Virus genome (UHGV): UHGV-1368455
Strand: one strand, 5' to 3'
Origin: a virus
DNA length: 64,000 nucleotides
Shown here: positions 10,801-22,700 of the stretch, in pieces
Numbering within the stretch: position 1 is the stretch's first letter
Layout: every line of letters begins with the position of its first letter
The notes under the pieces: model-generated
Told to the model about the DNA's origin: nothing
Database searches by the model: none
The model's input: only the letters and a program-made list of their open reading frames with translations
Made by a program: the position numbers and the translations under genes

Positions 10801-11777
10801 ATTATTTTATTGTTCACTGTCAGCATAGTATGTTCTTATTTAATGGTACTGATAGTATTGAAGCTAAAGAAAATAATATTCAACTTTCTTCTGTTGATTT
10901 TTGGGATACTCAATATAAAGAAATTGTTACAAGCGATTTAGGTTATGCCGGACTGCAAAAAGAATACTCTGGTATAGTTGGTAGCTTTGGTTATATATTT
11001 TATGATTCTGATAGGCAGCGTTTTTATCGTTATGATAATGGTCAAGTAGCTTATATTGACGACGATATAAATAATTATATTCGTAAACTTAAAGGATATA
11101 ATGTTCATCTGGTTGATGATAAACGTCGTTATAGAATACTTATTAATTTTAATAAAAATGGTGAAAACGATATAGTTATAAGTTATAACTATCATACTAA
11201 TACTTTTGTTTCTCGACATACGTATAATTATGTTAGAGGATATAGTACTAAAGAAAATACTTATATAATTGGTAAGTATGATGATAATATTGGTAGAACT
11301 AATATCAATATTTATAAAGAAGCATTATATTACAACTCTGTTGTTAATGTAATGCTTAATGCTAATTATATAAGTATGAAATATATTGAATACATACTTT
11401 ATAAAGTTGCCAAAGTTACTCCCGTTGAACTTAACAATTACTCCCCCGTAGAGGGATTGAATGACCTTTATGCTGCTGATGGAGTTCGTGTATATAGTAC
11501 TCATTGTGATACTGGTGTACTTGATACTACTTTCAAAGATGCAACTATCGAAGTTAATAAAGTTATGAATTATGCTAAACCTTATTGGAGATTTGGTAAT
11601 TGGCATCTTAATGCTCTTCGTAATAGACTTGCTGAATATCTACAAAATAAATATGGGGATGATGAATGTAGTCGTATATTTGGTAATTGGTTTGTAGTTG
11701 AATTTCATATTAATTCTAACGAGCAAGTTGAGTTAGAAACTCTCGATGCAGTTTATAATAGTGCTGAAAATAAATGA
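7893..11777 (+). CDS. large structural protein of 1294 aa, putative tail fiber or tail-associated protein
   Basis: Long uninterrupted N/Y/T-rich ORF. TAATG stop-start overlap with the upstream gene. Contains one repeat copy (YSPVEG). Function inferred only from size and position. Confidence 0.6.
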   Translation: MAQIIPKLNLNKHPSEVLNGSLIDATNIIVSNDNAVIQTEPQLDTSDINNQLINLIGSRSYSIKYCINCNKELIIFVLFNDDADNISLYRYNEDYNEIKYVTKTDYHGGELLGTFTYNFNNLIIAFSEYFEDDSKNVPLKTINLGKWNETINDNDVNQLNNSKIHPCNPEVKIPNITTSYVKGNCYKGWYFIFIRYKIDSNTYTQWFNTNEYIFIDTFTNTNLYKSYISSDVKNIGNKKNTWNSFYNYISDDTDISLITLQCDVTNRDTKYKYYQLGFVINRKDTTKCYRSEDIDINNSTFIFNNNLVVEEGLINMINTYTNYYNVKSLTAVGNRLFIGNYKENNFEKDIINSLKNINLSVSFIPSENNTDTQDIETRAEQELTCTVYCTNRTSNNQVNLIAKLWNNQQDGMIYYTGSQMPLVNKNHDDVDIHTMGQCKIKYHYQGKDVTEIVDAKNIIVAPFENKVINGQSNQGRIFILKDGELIEHEPDGPDINTVSLLSFYTNKVFGEIAMSYTNCDFTHTEVGVDGGEIESSTNILNTSGLRPNNPYNFFIHFIDKYGLYTDGFNINNFNLNTSENNFINNIGDKIIITPNDDNSYIAKFVLDNIPEQYVGWFISYEKIERYIKYTGFIGGNGEIQEDSEDASIEINKTSYIAEDIKRDSTNPWQGKRGNNQNFISNELNFLDSIITDFDIARFYNTTVTRTKGNNNIAKLTYNKTDNAYIDIPIISKHLLVADSYNNIGGETKFQLELNGVAEVITYSYIVELIKSDKTNIYNNINKTLIPCSEIKYETGEINVNTKDSFHSEIHVYDYKESTYWNDTLKYFQSSGDSRPVIHPVFCKVQQAFVDIPWESLQINNKPEIIFFPNKGLNTTDEYKKSFIIGTIIEAKNTVDLFQQKNNTVWNACPKTITNYYESKNYAKDYPKTIRRSNIIQDESRNNAWRQFKLEQYKNITENKGDVTKLIAIGYYFIVHCQHSMFLFNGTDSIEAKENNIQLSSVDFWDTQYKEIVTSDLGYAGLQKEYSGIVGSFGYIFYDSDRQRFYRYDNGQVAYIDDDINNYIRKLKGYNVHLVDDKRRYRILINFNKNGENDIVISYNYHTNTFVSRHTYNYVRGYSTKENTYIIGKYDDNIGRTNINIYKEALYYNSVVNVMLNANYISMKYIEYILYKVAKVTPVELNNYSPVEGLNDLYAADGVRVYSTHCDTGVLDTTFKDATIEVNKVMNYAKPYWRFGNWHLNALRNRLAEYLQNKYGDDECSRIFGNWFVVEFHINSNEQVELETLDAVYNSAENK
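11440..11458 (+). repeat. dispersed element, copy 3
   Basis: ACTCCCCCGTAGAGGGATT. In the CDS at 7893-11777, encoding YSPVEG. Confidence 0.9.
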
Positions 11778-12358
11778 AACGCAAGAAAGTTAAAAGAGAC
11801 AAAGCCTTTTTAGGTGCAATCATTGGAGCTGTTGCTGGTCTTGCAGGCTCTGCGATTGGTGGTTCGATTAGTAATAATAAAGCTAAAGCTCAACTTCGTG
11901 CTCAACAACGAGCACAGAATAAACAAGATACTCTCGCTATGGCTCAAAATCTTAGTGCAAGCTATGGTAATCAAGAGTATGTAGATGAATTTAATAAACG
12001 TGTAACTTTTAAGAATGGTGGTAAAATGAAAAAACGTAAATGTAGTGCTGGTACTAAAGTTTCTATTGCAAAAAGATTTGCTTGTGGAGGACGAAAGAAA
12101 GCCGAATGGGGAGCAAGCGATACTTCTGCTCTTATTAGCGGTCTTAGTAGAGGTCTTGGTAATATTGTTTCTGCTTCTTTGTCTGGCAATACCGGTATAG
12201 TAAAACAAGGAGATATGTTTGCAGGTACTCCTAAAGAACATCTTGAAAAACCTGATTATATTACTACTCCTGCTAATAATGTTTCTGATAATGACTATTT
12301 GTACCGTGTTGGTGGATGCAAACGCCGTAAGGCTAAATGTGGTACTAAAAAGAGCTAA
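11774..12358 (+). CDS. basic Lys/Gly-rich protein, possible internal virion or ejection protein
   Basis: 194-aa ORF with ATGA overlap to the upstream gene. N-terminal GAIIGAVAGLAGSAIGG segment and a K/R-rich remainder. Confidence 0.55.
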   Translation: MKRKKVKRDKAFLGAIIGAVAGLAGSAIGGSISNNKAKAQLRAQQRAQNKQDTLAMAQNLSASYGNQEYVDEFNKRVTFKNGGKMKKRKCSAGTKVSIAKRFACGGRKKAEWGASDTSALISGLSRGLGNIVSASLSGNTGIVKQGDMFAGTPKEHLEKPDYITTPANNVSDNDYLYRVGGCKRRKAKCGTKKS

Positions 12359-12386
12359 TATCAGCTCCATATTCCTATATTAATTT

Positions 12387-12435
12387 TGCCCCGATTAATT
12401 TATCCAGCCATGATAATTTAACATGGCACAGGGCA
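12387..12435 (+). promoter_or_regulatory. nested stem-loop in an intergenic region, regulatory or terminator-like
   Basis: Inner stem GCCATG (12407-12412) / CATGGC (12422-12427). Outer stem TGCCC (12387-12391) / GGGCA (12431-12435). The T8 run is about 25 nt downstream, so this is not a canonical terminator. Confidence 0.3.
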
Positions 12436-12472
12436 TGAGAATGTTTCATAATAAATAATATTTTTTTTATTT

Positions 12473-14089
12473 ATGACTAAAGTTAAAAGACCTAATATAG
12501 TGCGTGGAGGAATTGCTGTTCCTCTTGGACGTAACTATTATTATATGCGAGGTAGAAAACATGAACAAGGTGGTATTGATATTGGTAAAAATCCTCGTAC
12601 AGGACTTGAAGTTGAAGACGGTGAAGTTATGCACGTTGGTTCTAAAGATATTAAAATATTTAGTTCTCTTCCTTTTCTTAATGGTAAATCCCCAGCTCAA
12701 AGAGTTATGAGTGGTGAAAATTCTAATGCTGTTTTTAATGCTCAGGAACGTTTTAAGAAAAGAAATAAGATTAATGATGATGGTACTAAAAAGAAACGTA
12801 TGGGAGGATTAAATAGAAGTAAAGATTATGGTTCAAAATCTAAACCTTATCCTAATGTTAAGAAAAGCGATTTTGCTGGAGGTGGCAGAAGTTATCCTAT
12901 TCCTACTAAAGCCGACGCTCGTGACGCATTAAGACTTGCTGGACTACATCATAGACCTGATGTTAAAGCTAAAGTTTATCGTAAATATCCTGAACTTAGA
13001 AAGAAAGCTAAAGTTGGTGGTTTATATTCTGTTACAGTTAATGGAGAAACAAAATTATATCAATATCCCTCTACGGGCAAGATAAAGAAGTCTAAAACGA
13101 CTAAATCGGCTGGACGTTCTAAATTTGCTGGAGGAGGTGATACTAAAGATAAAGATAAAGAAAAAGATAAAGTAAAAATTATAACTGCTAAAACTTTTCC
13201 TGAAGTTAATCCATTTACTTTTACTGAAAATCCTCCTGCTACTACTCCTACCGAAAATGTTGAAGCAACTATTAATGCTAATGTTCCTCGTGCTTTTGCA
13301 AAACGTAATAGAGATATAACTGACCCAGAAAAACTTAATATTGCTTATCAAAAAGCTTCAGGTACTTATCCTAATTGGTTTCAACGTACTTATAGAAATA
13401 TAAGAAATTATGTTAATGAACACCCCGATACTGTCAATGAAGGTATTGGACTTGCAAGTAATGTTGTTTCTTCTCTTATAGGTAATAGTATAAATAGACG
13501 AGTGCTCAATAGTCTTCGTTATTCTCCTGCTCCTATTCCTCAACGTGCTGCAAAACTTAAAACTCGAATCAATATTAATCCTCAACTTGATAGAATGAGA
13601 GAAAGTCTTGCTGCTTATGAACGAGCTATCGATACAAATACTGGTAGTTCTCAAGTTGCTCTGGCTCGCAAACAGAGAGCAAGGTTAGCAAATGTTCTTT
13701 CTACTAATGAACTTTATGGTAATAAAGAAAATACTGAGACTTCTCTTATTAATCAAGATAGACTTAATCAACAAGAAGTTGCTAATAGAAATATTGATGC
13801 TTATAATACTTGGGCACAAGGTAAAGCTGATTTTGAAAATAGTATAAGACAACAAAAAGCTGAAAATAATATTGCTTTGATGAATAATCTTAATGCTGGA
13901 GTTCAAAATGTTATTAATAATATTCAGCAACGTAGAACTGAAGGAAGAAATATTAAAGCAATGCTTCTTGCTTATCCTGATTTACCTGCTGAACAACTTC
14001 TTGCTTCTGGTCTGATTACACAGAACGAATACGATACTTATCGTAAAGGTTATCCTCTTAAACGTAAAAAGAATAATAATAACGAATAA
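12473..14089 (+). CDS. Lys-rich basic virion protein, hypothetical
   Basis: 538-aa ORF. Contains a degenerate repeat copy (YPSTGK). Confidence 0.6.
   Translation: MTKVKRPNIVRGGIAVPLGRNYYYMRGRKHEQGGIDIGKNPRTGLEVEDGEVMHVGSKDIKIFSSLPFLNGKSPAQRVMSGENSNAVFNAQERFKKRNKINDDGTKKKRMGGLNRSKDYGSKSKPYPNVKKSDFAGGGRSYPIPTKADARDALRLAGLHHRPDVKAKVYRKYPELRKKAKVGGLYSVTVNGETKLYQYPSTGKIKKSKTTKSAGRSKFAGGGDTKDKDKEKDKVKIITAKTFPEVNPFTFTENPPATTPTENVEATINANVPRAFAKRNRDITDPEKLNIAYQKASGTYPNWFQRTYRNIRNYVNEHPDTVNEGIGLASNVVSSLIGNSINRRVLNSLRYSPAPIPQRAAKLKTRININPQLDRMRESLAAYERAIDTNTGSSQVALARKQRARLANVLSTNELYGNKENTETSLINQDRLNQQEVANRNIDAYNTWAQGKADFENSIRQQKAENNIALMNNLNAGVQNVINNIQQRRTEGRNIKAMLLAYPDLPAEQLLASGLITQNEYDTYRKGYPLKRKKNNNNE
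13065..13079 (-). repeat. dispersed element, copy 4 (degenerate)
   Basis: ATCCCTCTACGGGCA. In the CDS at 12473-14089, encoding YPSTGK. Confidence 0.6.
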
Positions 14090-14095
14090 ATTACT

Positions 14096-16783
14096 ATGGC
14101 TCAAGTACAATATATAACTCGTGATTTTATACCTCGCGTAGACTTAACTACTCTTGGTAATACATTTAATACTCTTGAACAAGGTCATCAAGCTGCCGTA
14201 CAGGCAGCTTCTGACCTTAAAGCTACTATTGCTAAATTGCCGATGGATGCTCAAGAAGATGGTTTTAAAGAACAACTTGTTAATGAAATAAATCAAACTA
14301 TTGATGATAATACTCTTTATGGTAATTCTTATGGGGCTTTAGACAATCTTGTTACACAAATTGGAGATATTCAATCTGATGGTAGAATTATAGGTAGACT
14401 TCGTAATCATCAAGCTAAAGTTGAATATGATGCTAAAGTAGATGCTATGGCTATTCCTGATGGAATGAAGCAAATGTATAAAGAAGAAAATCCTTATTAT
14501 TATGAAGACGGAGAAGTTGATGCTAATACTGGACGTGTTCTTCCGGGTGAGATGTGGGAAGCTAAAACTAATCCTGTTACTACTGTTCCAGAAAATCAGA
14601 TTCAAGCATATGCTTTACAAATAGCTGCTAAAGATGCTGGTAGTGGAGAAACTGTTAGTTTTCTTGACGTCAATGGCAATCCTACTACTGACCCAAATAA
14701 ATCTGAAGACGGTTCTATGTACAAAAAAGTTGGAACTCGATGGGAACGTCTTAGTGAAGATAAAATTAGAGAAGCATATAGAGTAGCTATTAATAGTATT
14801 CCAGGAGCTAAAGATAGTCTCGACCAAGATTATCGTTATGCTACTTGGCAATATGATAAACTTGTTAAAGATGCTGAAGCTAAAGGCGGGAATATCGCTC
14901 CTTATGTAAAAGGATATACTGATAAAAATGGTAATATTTATACAAGAGACCAATGGCTTAATAATAAAATAAATAATTTTGCTGATGTTGCTGCATATAA
15001 TCATGTTTATAGTTCAGTAGATTTTGGTACTGCTTTACAAAATAGAAAAGCAAGACAATCTGCTGCATCTGCATCTGGAAGTGGAGGGCTTATAGGAGCT
15101 TTACAAGGAAATAATAGACAACTTGGAAATATTATTAGTGGTACTGAAGAGACTGAAAGCAATGCTTTTGCTGGAGTTACTAAAGCTAAAAATGATGCAA
15201 ATAGAACTGGTCTTAATATAGCTAAAACTTTTGGAGGTAATCTTTTTAGAGAAGCTGATAGTATTAGCGATATTATTAGAACTGTTCGTCAAAGAGACCC
15301 ATCTGTTAAAGGTCCAGGAGGTACAGCTAATTATATTATTAGTCATTATGGCAAAAATATGACTCCACTTCAAAAGTCTCAACTTAGAAATGCTCTTGTT
15401 GGTTATGTTCAAGCTAACAAACAATATAACCAAATGATTAAAAGTGCTGGTGGTAATGCTGATGGACTTAGATTTAGTGCCAATGCTGCTAATAATGAAT
15501 ATACTAATGACAATAAATATGGTAGAGCTGTTATTAGAGAATTAAATAATATATTTTCTAATAATAATAGTGTAGATTATGAAATAGGTTCTGATGTATT
15601 TTCAGCTCTTAAACATTTATATAAAACTGATGACCTTAGAAAAGTAGGTCTTAATTATTCTCGTAATGAAGATGGAAATTATATTGTTACTTTTACTCCT
15701 CAAAATAGAAATTTAATGCCTAAATTTGACAGTCTTATAGCACAAGCTGATAGTCAAGTTGATGGTAGTTTTAGTGGATGGTTTAAAAAAGCATTTACGG
15801 GCAGAGCCGCTTCCGGTAATTATGTAGTTCATTTTCATAATAAGAATGGAAGAACTAATACAAGAAATATTAGTGGAGGAGGAGCTTTAGCCAATGCTTA
15901 TGAAAATGGTAGTAATGCTGCTTCTAAAGCAGAAAGTAAAGCTGGAGTTGCTAAAGGAACTCGTAGTTTTAGTACTGGTAATTATGCAAGTTTTGGTGCT
16001 GCTTATGCTGCTATGCATCCAGAAATAGCTCAACAAACAGGTGAAACTCTTCAACAGTTTATAGATAGACAAAATGAACAAGTTGATTTAGGTTTTGCTC
16101 AAGGTAATTTTGATTCTGGCCAAATACAGTATCTTGATGAATCTGGTAGAGCTTTTATTGATATTTCTAAAAATCAAGATGCTAAAACTCTTATACAAAA
16201 TATGTATGCTGATGATACTCAGCGTAAAAAAATAAAGAGAGCTATTAAAATTCCAACAGGTACTGAAGCTGGAGGAACACAAGGATATGTTCTTTCATTT
16301 ACTGTACCTAAAGGATTTGGCAATAAACATTTTAAAGAAGGACAAAAAGTAAATATAATTGTTAGTGGTGTTAGTGAAGAAGAAATTAATTTTAATCCTT
16401 CTATGAATCCATCTGTTCTTGCTTCTAATGCTATTGTTACAAGTAGAGCTACTGGAGGTCCTGTTGAAATTCAAGGTTATGACGCCAATCTTGGTAATAC
16501 TGATTTAGTTCCTACTAAAAATGGAAAATATGCATCTACTTTTATGGGTAATGCAAAGAATATGACTCCTGAAGAAGCTGAATATTATATTACTCTTATG
16601 TACACTCTTCAACAATTCAAAGGACAACTTGAAAGTGGAGCATATAATCTTGCTGACCCTAATCAAGTAACTCTCGTTAATAATAAATTTGACAATCTTG
16701 TAAATGAATTATCAAAAGTTACAGATACAAGTAGAAATAGTGTTGCTACTGCTGTCTTTAATATGATTAAAAATGGAGAATGA
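14096..16783 (+). CDS. large hypothetical virion protein (895 aa)
   Basis: Uninterrupted ORF directly upstream of the giant proteins. Confidence 0.65.
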   Translation: MAQVQYITRDFIPRVDLTTLGNTFNTLEQGHQAAVQAASDLKATIAKLPMDAQEDGFKEQLVNEINQTIDDNTLYGNSYGALDNLVTQIGDIQSDGRIIGRLRNHQAKVEYDAKVDAMAIPDGMKQMYKEENPYYYEDGEVDANTGRVLPGEMWEAKTNPVTTVPENQIQAYALQIAAKDAGSGETVSFLDVNGNPTTDPNKSEDGSMYKKVGTRWERLSEDKIREAYRVAINSIPGAKDSLDQDYRYATWQYDKLVKDAEAKGGNIAPYVKGYTDKNGNIYTRDQWLNNKINNFADVAAYNHVYSSVDFGTALQNRKARQSAASASGSGGLIGALQGNNRQLGNIISGTEETESNAFAGVTKAKNDANRTGLNIAKTFGGNLFREADSISDIIRTVRQRDPSVKGPGGTANYIISHYGKNMTPLQKSQLRNALVGYVQANKQYNQMIKSAGGNADGLRFSANAANNEYTNDNKYGRAVIRELNNIFSNNNSVDYEIGSDVFSALKHLYKTDDLRKVGLNYSRNEDGNYIVTFTPQNRNLMPKFDSLIAQADSQVDGSFSGWFKKAFTGRAASGNYVVHFHNKNGRTNTRNISGGGALANAYENGSNAASKAESKAGVAKGTRSFSTGNYASFGAAYAAMHPEIAQQTGETLQQFIDRQNEQVDLGFAQGNFDSGQIQYLDESGRAFIDISKNQDAKTLIQNMYADDTQRKKIKRAIKIPTGTEAGGTQGYVLSFTVPKGFGNKHFKEGQKVNIIVSGVSEEEINFNPSMNPSVLASNAIVTSRATGGPVEIQGYDANLGNTDLVPTKNGKYASTFMGNAKNMTPEEAEYYITLMYTLQQFKGQLESGAYNLADPNQVTLVNNKFDNLVNELSKVTDTSRNSVATAVFNMIKNGE

Positions 16784-16786
16784 GAT

Positions 16787-19700
16787 ATGCCTAATAATGT
16801 AATTACAGGAAATTCTTTCGTAGATAAAATACGTCCTTATATTCCTAATCCCGAATATAATCCTAAAACCAAGAAAGGTCGTGTTCAACCTCCTATTCTT
16901 GTTGATAGTTCTGCTCCAGCTATTAATGATAACTTTATGTCAAGAACTATGAATAGTGTTAATAGACTTACTTTTACTGGAAGAGAACTTGGTTTTACTA
17001 ATGAAGAAATAGAGAGTGATGCCGATTTAGGCATTACTCTTTCTCCGTATAATACTGTAGATGAACTTAATAAAGCAAGAGCAGATAGTCAATCTGCTCT
17101 TTCTCAGTTTGGTAACTTTCTTGCTCAAGCTGGTTTAGGTGAAGTTCTTGTTGGTACTATGGAAGGATTTGGTAATATCTTTGATGGAGCCAAACAATTT
17201 GTTACTGGAGACAATTATGAATCTTCTGCATGGACTCGTTTTTGGGAAGATATACATAATGATATTAAAGATAAATTTAAGATTTATCGTGAGAACCCTA
17301 ACGCTGATTGGGACTTGTCTGACTTTGGTTGGTGGATGGATAATGCTGTCAGTGTTGCTACTACTGCTTCACTTATGATACCTGCTGCTGGTTGGGCAAG
17401 AGGTATTTCTATGCTTGGTCGTATAGGTAAAATAGGAAAAGGAATTAATGCTGTAACTCGTTGGGCAAGTAAAGGTCTTAGTAATTGGAGCAAAGCCGCA
17501 AGAACTGGTAATAAGTATGCTCAAATAAGAGCTGCAGCTTCTATTAATAAAACAATTAATAATGCCGCTGAAATAACTGGTACTGCTCTTCTTAGTAGAA
17601 CAGGTGAAAACTATATGGAAGGTCGTCAAGTTTATGATGAAGTTTATACTAATAGTAAAGAGAATCTTGATAATATGCCAGATACTGAATTTCAGAAGTT
17701 TCTTGCTCGTCATCCTGAATTTAGAAACCAATCTAAAGATGACATTGCCAAAGAAATAGCTCGTCAATCTGCTAACGAAACTTTTTATAATGATTATTGG
17801 ATGTTACTTATGGATATTCCTCAGTTCAAAGCTCTTGGTAGTTTATGGGGAAAACCTATGCAACGTGCTTCTAAAGCGTCTGAACGTATTGCTGCTGAAA
17901 ATGTTAGACGTACTCTCGCTGGTAAAAAAGCTGAAGACCTTATAAAAAATAATCTTCTTAATAGAACAAAAGAAGGTTTCAAATATGCTTTCAAACATCC
18001 TACTAAAAGTGCTGTCATTACTCAACTTGGTGAAGGCTTTGAAGAAATGTATCAAGGTATTCAAAGCGAAAAAGGAATGGAAGTTGCTACTAAATATTTT
18101 GACCCATCTTTTACTCCTCGTTCTCTTACTTCTTATTTTACTGACGGCAGTATATGGGAACAAGGATTTTGGGGTTGGATTGGTGGTATGGCTTTTACTC
18201 CTGCCGGACAAGCAATTCAAAAAGGCTCTCATGCTATTAAAGGTTTATATAATAAAAAACACATGACTGCCGAAGAATATGAACAATGGCAACGTGCTAA
18301 TCGTAATATAGGAGCTGAAAAAATTAATAATGTTACTATTACTGCAAAAGAATTTATTGACAATATGAATAAAATTAACGAAGGAAAAAATCCATTTAAT
18401 TTTGTTGTCAATAAAGATACTGGTACTAAGATTATTAAAGATGGTCAATTAGTTGAAGAAACTATTGACGATGAACAAAAAGAATTACTGAAACAAGAAG
18501 CTATTGATAAATTTGTAACAGATACAGCTTTCGATGCTATTGATAGTGGTGTTTATCCACTTATGCAAGAAATACTTAATAGTTCTGAATTTGACCAATA
18601 TCTTACTAAAAATGGTGCTACAGTTAACGGCAATGATAAAGCTATAAGCAAAGAAATTTCTAATCGTATGGAAGCTATTTCTGATATGTATCAGAACGAA
18701 CTTCGTAACGTCAATAATCTTACCGATAAAGCAAATCCATTTGCAACCATTGCTGCTGCTCGTAGTTTAGTTAGAACTAAATTACAATTAGAAGATTATG
18801 AAAATCAGTTAGGTAATATCGCTGCTCGAATGGAAGAAGCTAACGATAACCAAACTGATTTTAATCCTTATATTGAACGTAGAAAATATAATTATGCTAA
18901 ACGTCAATTAGATAATATTGAAAGACAAGAACAAATTATTGCTACTCAATATGCCAATAAAGAAATTGGTGCATCTGCTCGTGACCAATATATGAAAGAA
19001 CTTGATGCACAAAGAAAAGTATGGCAAGATTATATTATGAATAATACTTCTAAAGGTGCGATAGAAGAAACTATGAGAACTATTCAGGAAGATGAGAGTA
19101 TTCCTGATAATATGAAAAAAGATTTTTATACTATTATGAGAAACTTGGATAAACAAATTGCTTCTGCTACTGAAGTGTCTATTCCAAGTGATACTATTAA
19201 AGAACTAATAGATGAAGAAATAACTATTGAATCAAGACGTAATTATACGCAAGCTCAACTGCCATTAGATGAAGCTGATTATAAAAATGTTTATAATGAG
19301 TTTGCAATGGCTATGGACCAAATGTATCGTAAACGTATTGATGGAGATATTGATACTGTTAAAAATTATCTTAATAATGCTAAAGATTTAGATGAGGCTA
19401 TTAATAATGTTCTATCTGAAAATACAGGTATTAGTAAAGTCGATAACGCTCTTAAATCTATTCGTTATGGTTATTTTAATCAAAACAAAGATATGAGAGG
19501 TCAAATTACTAATAATCTTCAAATGGAACTTATTATTGAAGAAGCTCGTAAAAATCGTAAAAAAGCTGAAAATTTACAAGCTGAAGCTGAACAAAGTGGT
19601 ACTGTTCTTCCTGAAAGCGAAGCTGGTCAACAACAAGAGCAAGAAGAAGCTGCTATTAATCAACAAGAAACACAAGATGAGAATGGTAATCCCTCTACGG

Positions 19701-22700
19701 GGGAGGTTGAGCAAACAACAACAGCAAATACTGACACAACTATTGCAACAGATAATACTAATCTTGAACGTGCAGAATCTCAACAAGCACAAGCAACTGT
19801 TGGTGCTCCAGAGCAAGAAGTTGAAACTCGTCAAACAGGACATGAACATGATGTTAATCCTATGCAAGTTGATGTTGCACAAGATGAAGCAGAAGTACAA
19901 CGCAAACTTGCTCAAACAATAGATGCTAATTCTCTTAGAGCTGAACTTGCTGCTCGTAAATATGTTATGCAAATAGGTTTTAAAGAAGGTGCTAAACTTG
20001 ATGCTATTACACAAGCTTTACAAAATAAAGACGAAAGTAAACTTGCAGAGTTTATTCAAGAAATTACTGATTTCCTTACTAAACAAGGTTTTGATGATGA
20101 TATTTCTAAAATAATGGCGCAACGTGCTCTTGTTAGTACTATAAATATGTATGGCGCTATGAATGAAAAAAGTGCATTTGGAAGACTTGCGACTCAATTA
20201 GCAATTGGTCTTAATGAAGCTGCTGCAAAAAAATATAGTGCTACTGAACTCATTAACGGAAAAGGTCTCGATGAAGTAGTTGATGCCTTTATGGAAGAGT
20301 TTGTTAAGGTTACTAATAATCTCAAACTTAGTAATGGCAAATATATTATTAATCTTAAAACATTATTTAATTATCTTATTCATAATGAAAGTATTGATGG
20401 CAAGACTGCTGTTCAAATTTATAATAATCTTAATGAATATATAGCTTCGTCAGTTAATACTAAATATATATTTACAGGTTATGATACTAAACGCGGTCTT
20501 TATCAAACTGGTGAAGAGTTCATTCATCAAGTTGAAGAACAACGCAAACAAGAGATTTCTTCTCGCAATCAAATGCACATTCATCTTATTGAACCTGAAC
20601 AAAGAAATAAAGAGTTCAATGATGCAATGCTTGCTGCTGCCAACGGCGCCCCATCGCATATTGAAGAACAAAGAAATAAAGCAGGCGAACTTACTAACTT
20701 AAATGTTATTGTTGATTGGGAAAAGAATGGTAAGAAAAAATCTACCAAAATAGGTATTCTTCGTACTGTTCATTATTCACAAGATGCTCGTAAGATATAT
20801 CCTAATTCTCATTATAGCGGCTTCAGAAATGAAATTACAAGAAATGATGATGGTACTGTAAGTCTTGATTGTGATAATCTTTTCTATGCTATTTGTGATG
20901 CAACTACTACTGATGGATTTAATCTTCGTAATGCTATTGCTGATTATTTTGAAAAACGTTTAGCTTTACTTCAAGATGAAAGTCTTACTCCTGCCGGATT
21001 AAATAAAGCTCTTAATGCTCTTATTACTCCTGAATTTATCAGTAGTATTGTAGATAATCCGCTTATTGAAGAACTTATTAATCAAGGTAGATATAAACCT
21101 TATGTTGAAGCTGAAGATATAGAAGATATACATGACGACGAGAAGAGTATGCGACGTCTTACTGCTATTCGTCTTGCCGAAGATATTTCTAAAGTACTTT
21201 TCTATGCTGATGGTTATGCTGAAAATAATGTAGCTTCTGAAGTTAACGATTTCGCTGTTGATAGTTATACACTTCGCGAACGTTATAAAACATGGAAAGA
21301 TAAAGTATATGATAATTATACTCATACTTATGAACTTCAAAAAGCTATAAATAATAATGAAAATAAAAGTGCAACTATTAATGTTAATGTAGGTTTTGTT
21401 ACTCGATTAAATGAAGCTCCAGAAGATTCTCAACCAAATATTGCCGACCAAGATTTTAATCCTATACCTAATACTGATGGATACACTCCATTTGTTTATT
21501 ATAGTAATGGAAAACTTGTAGATGAATATGGTAACGATTATGGTTATGCTCCGTCTGGATTTGGTGATTATTCTATGGGTTTTATTGTTCATACTGATGG
21601 AGTTCAATCTTTTATAGCTGCTTGTAGAACAACTGCTAATGTTAAAAATACTAAAATGCATAAAGCTGTTATTGCCGAAGTAGCTGATATTATTACTGCT
21701 CAAATTAATAATATTAATAATTCTAATCATGCAGATAATTTTAATGTTGTCAAAGAAAGATTAGAAGAACTTTTTGGTCCTGGAGGTCTTTTCTATTTTG
21801 GTAATATTAATCTTGTTACTGATTCTAATGAACGATTTATTACTATACAATATAAACAAGGTAGAGGTAAAGATGCAAAATATACTAATATAACAACATT
21901 TCATTCTATTAATAAAGATGGAATTACTCCAAGTAATGCCATAACTATATATGATAACGCCGGTAAAGTACTTACTAATATTACTTCTATTAATGCTGAA
22001 ACTCAAGGAATACTTAATAAACTTACTCAAACTTTGACTGATAATTTTGTTATTAATAGAAGTCAAATAGGCATGACCAAACAAACTAAATCTGGTGGTA
22101 CTCCTCGAATATTTACTTGGAATGGCGAAAACTTTATTGTTCATCTTGGCGCTAAAGATTATACTTATAAAAATTATGGAGATTTTATTTTTCAAACTGC
22201 CGGTTTTACTACCAATCTTGTGAGTAAAAATGGTAGCTTTGTTACGAGATATATTGATACTCGTCATGTTACTATGGATACTCATATTAATAAAAAACAA
22301 AAAATTACTCAAAAAGCTAATACAGCTGTTTCTGATTATCTTTATAATGAACGTAATCCAAAACGTAAAACAGCCGATACCGAAGAAATACTTAAACGTG
22401 CTGGTGTTCCACAAGAAAAAATAGATATACTTCTCGGTACTAATAGTAAAATTCCTTTTGTTACTAAACAAATATCTTTATCTAACGTTGATGATGGTAA
22501 GACTAATGCTTTTTATAATAAAAAAGATAAAAAGATATATATAACTCCTCGTGGAGCTTCCGTTATGAATGGTAGTTCTACTAATGCTATTCGTATTATA
22601 TTACACGAAAATATACATAGATTATTTAATAGTAGTAAATATACTAACGCTGAACGTCAACGAATTGTTACAGAACTTGAAGATGTTTATAATTTTGTTA

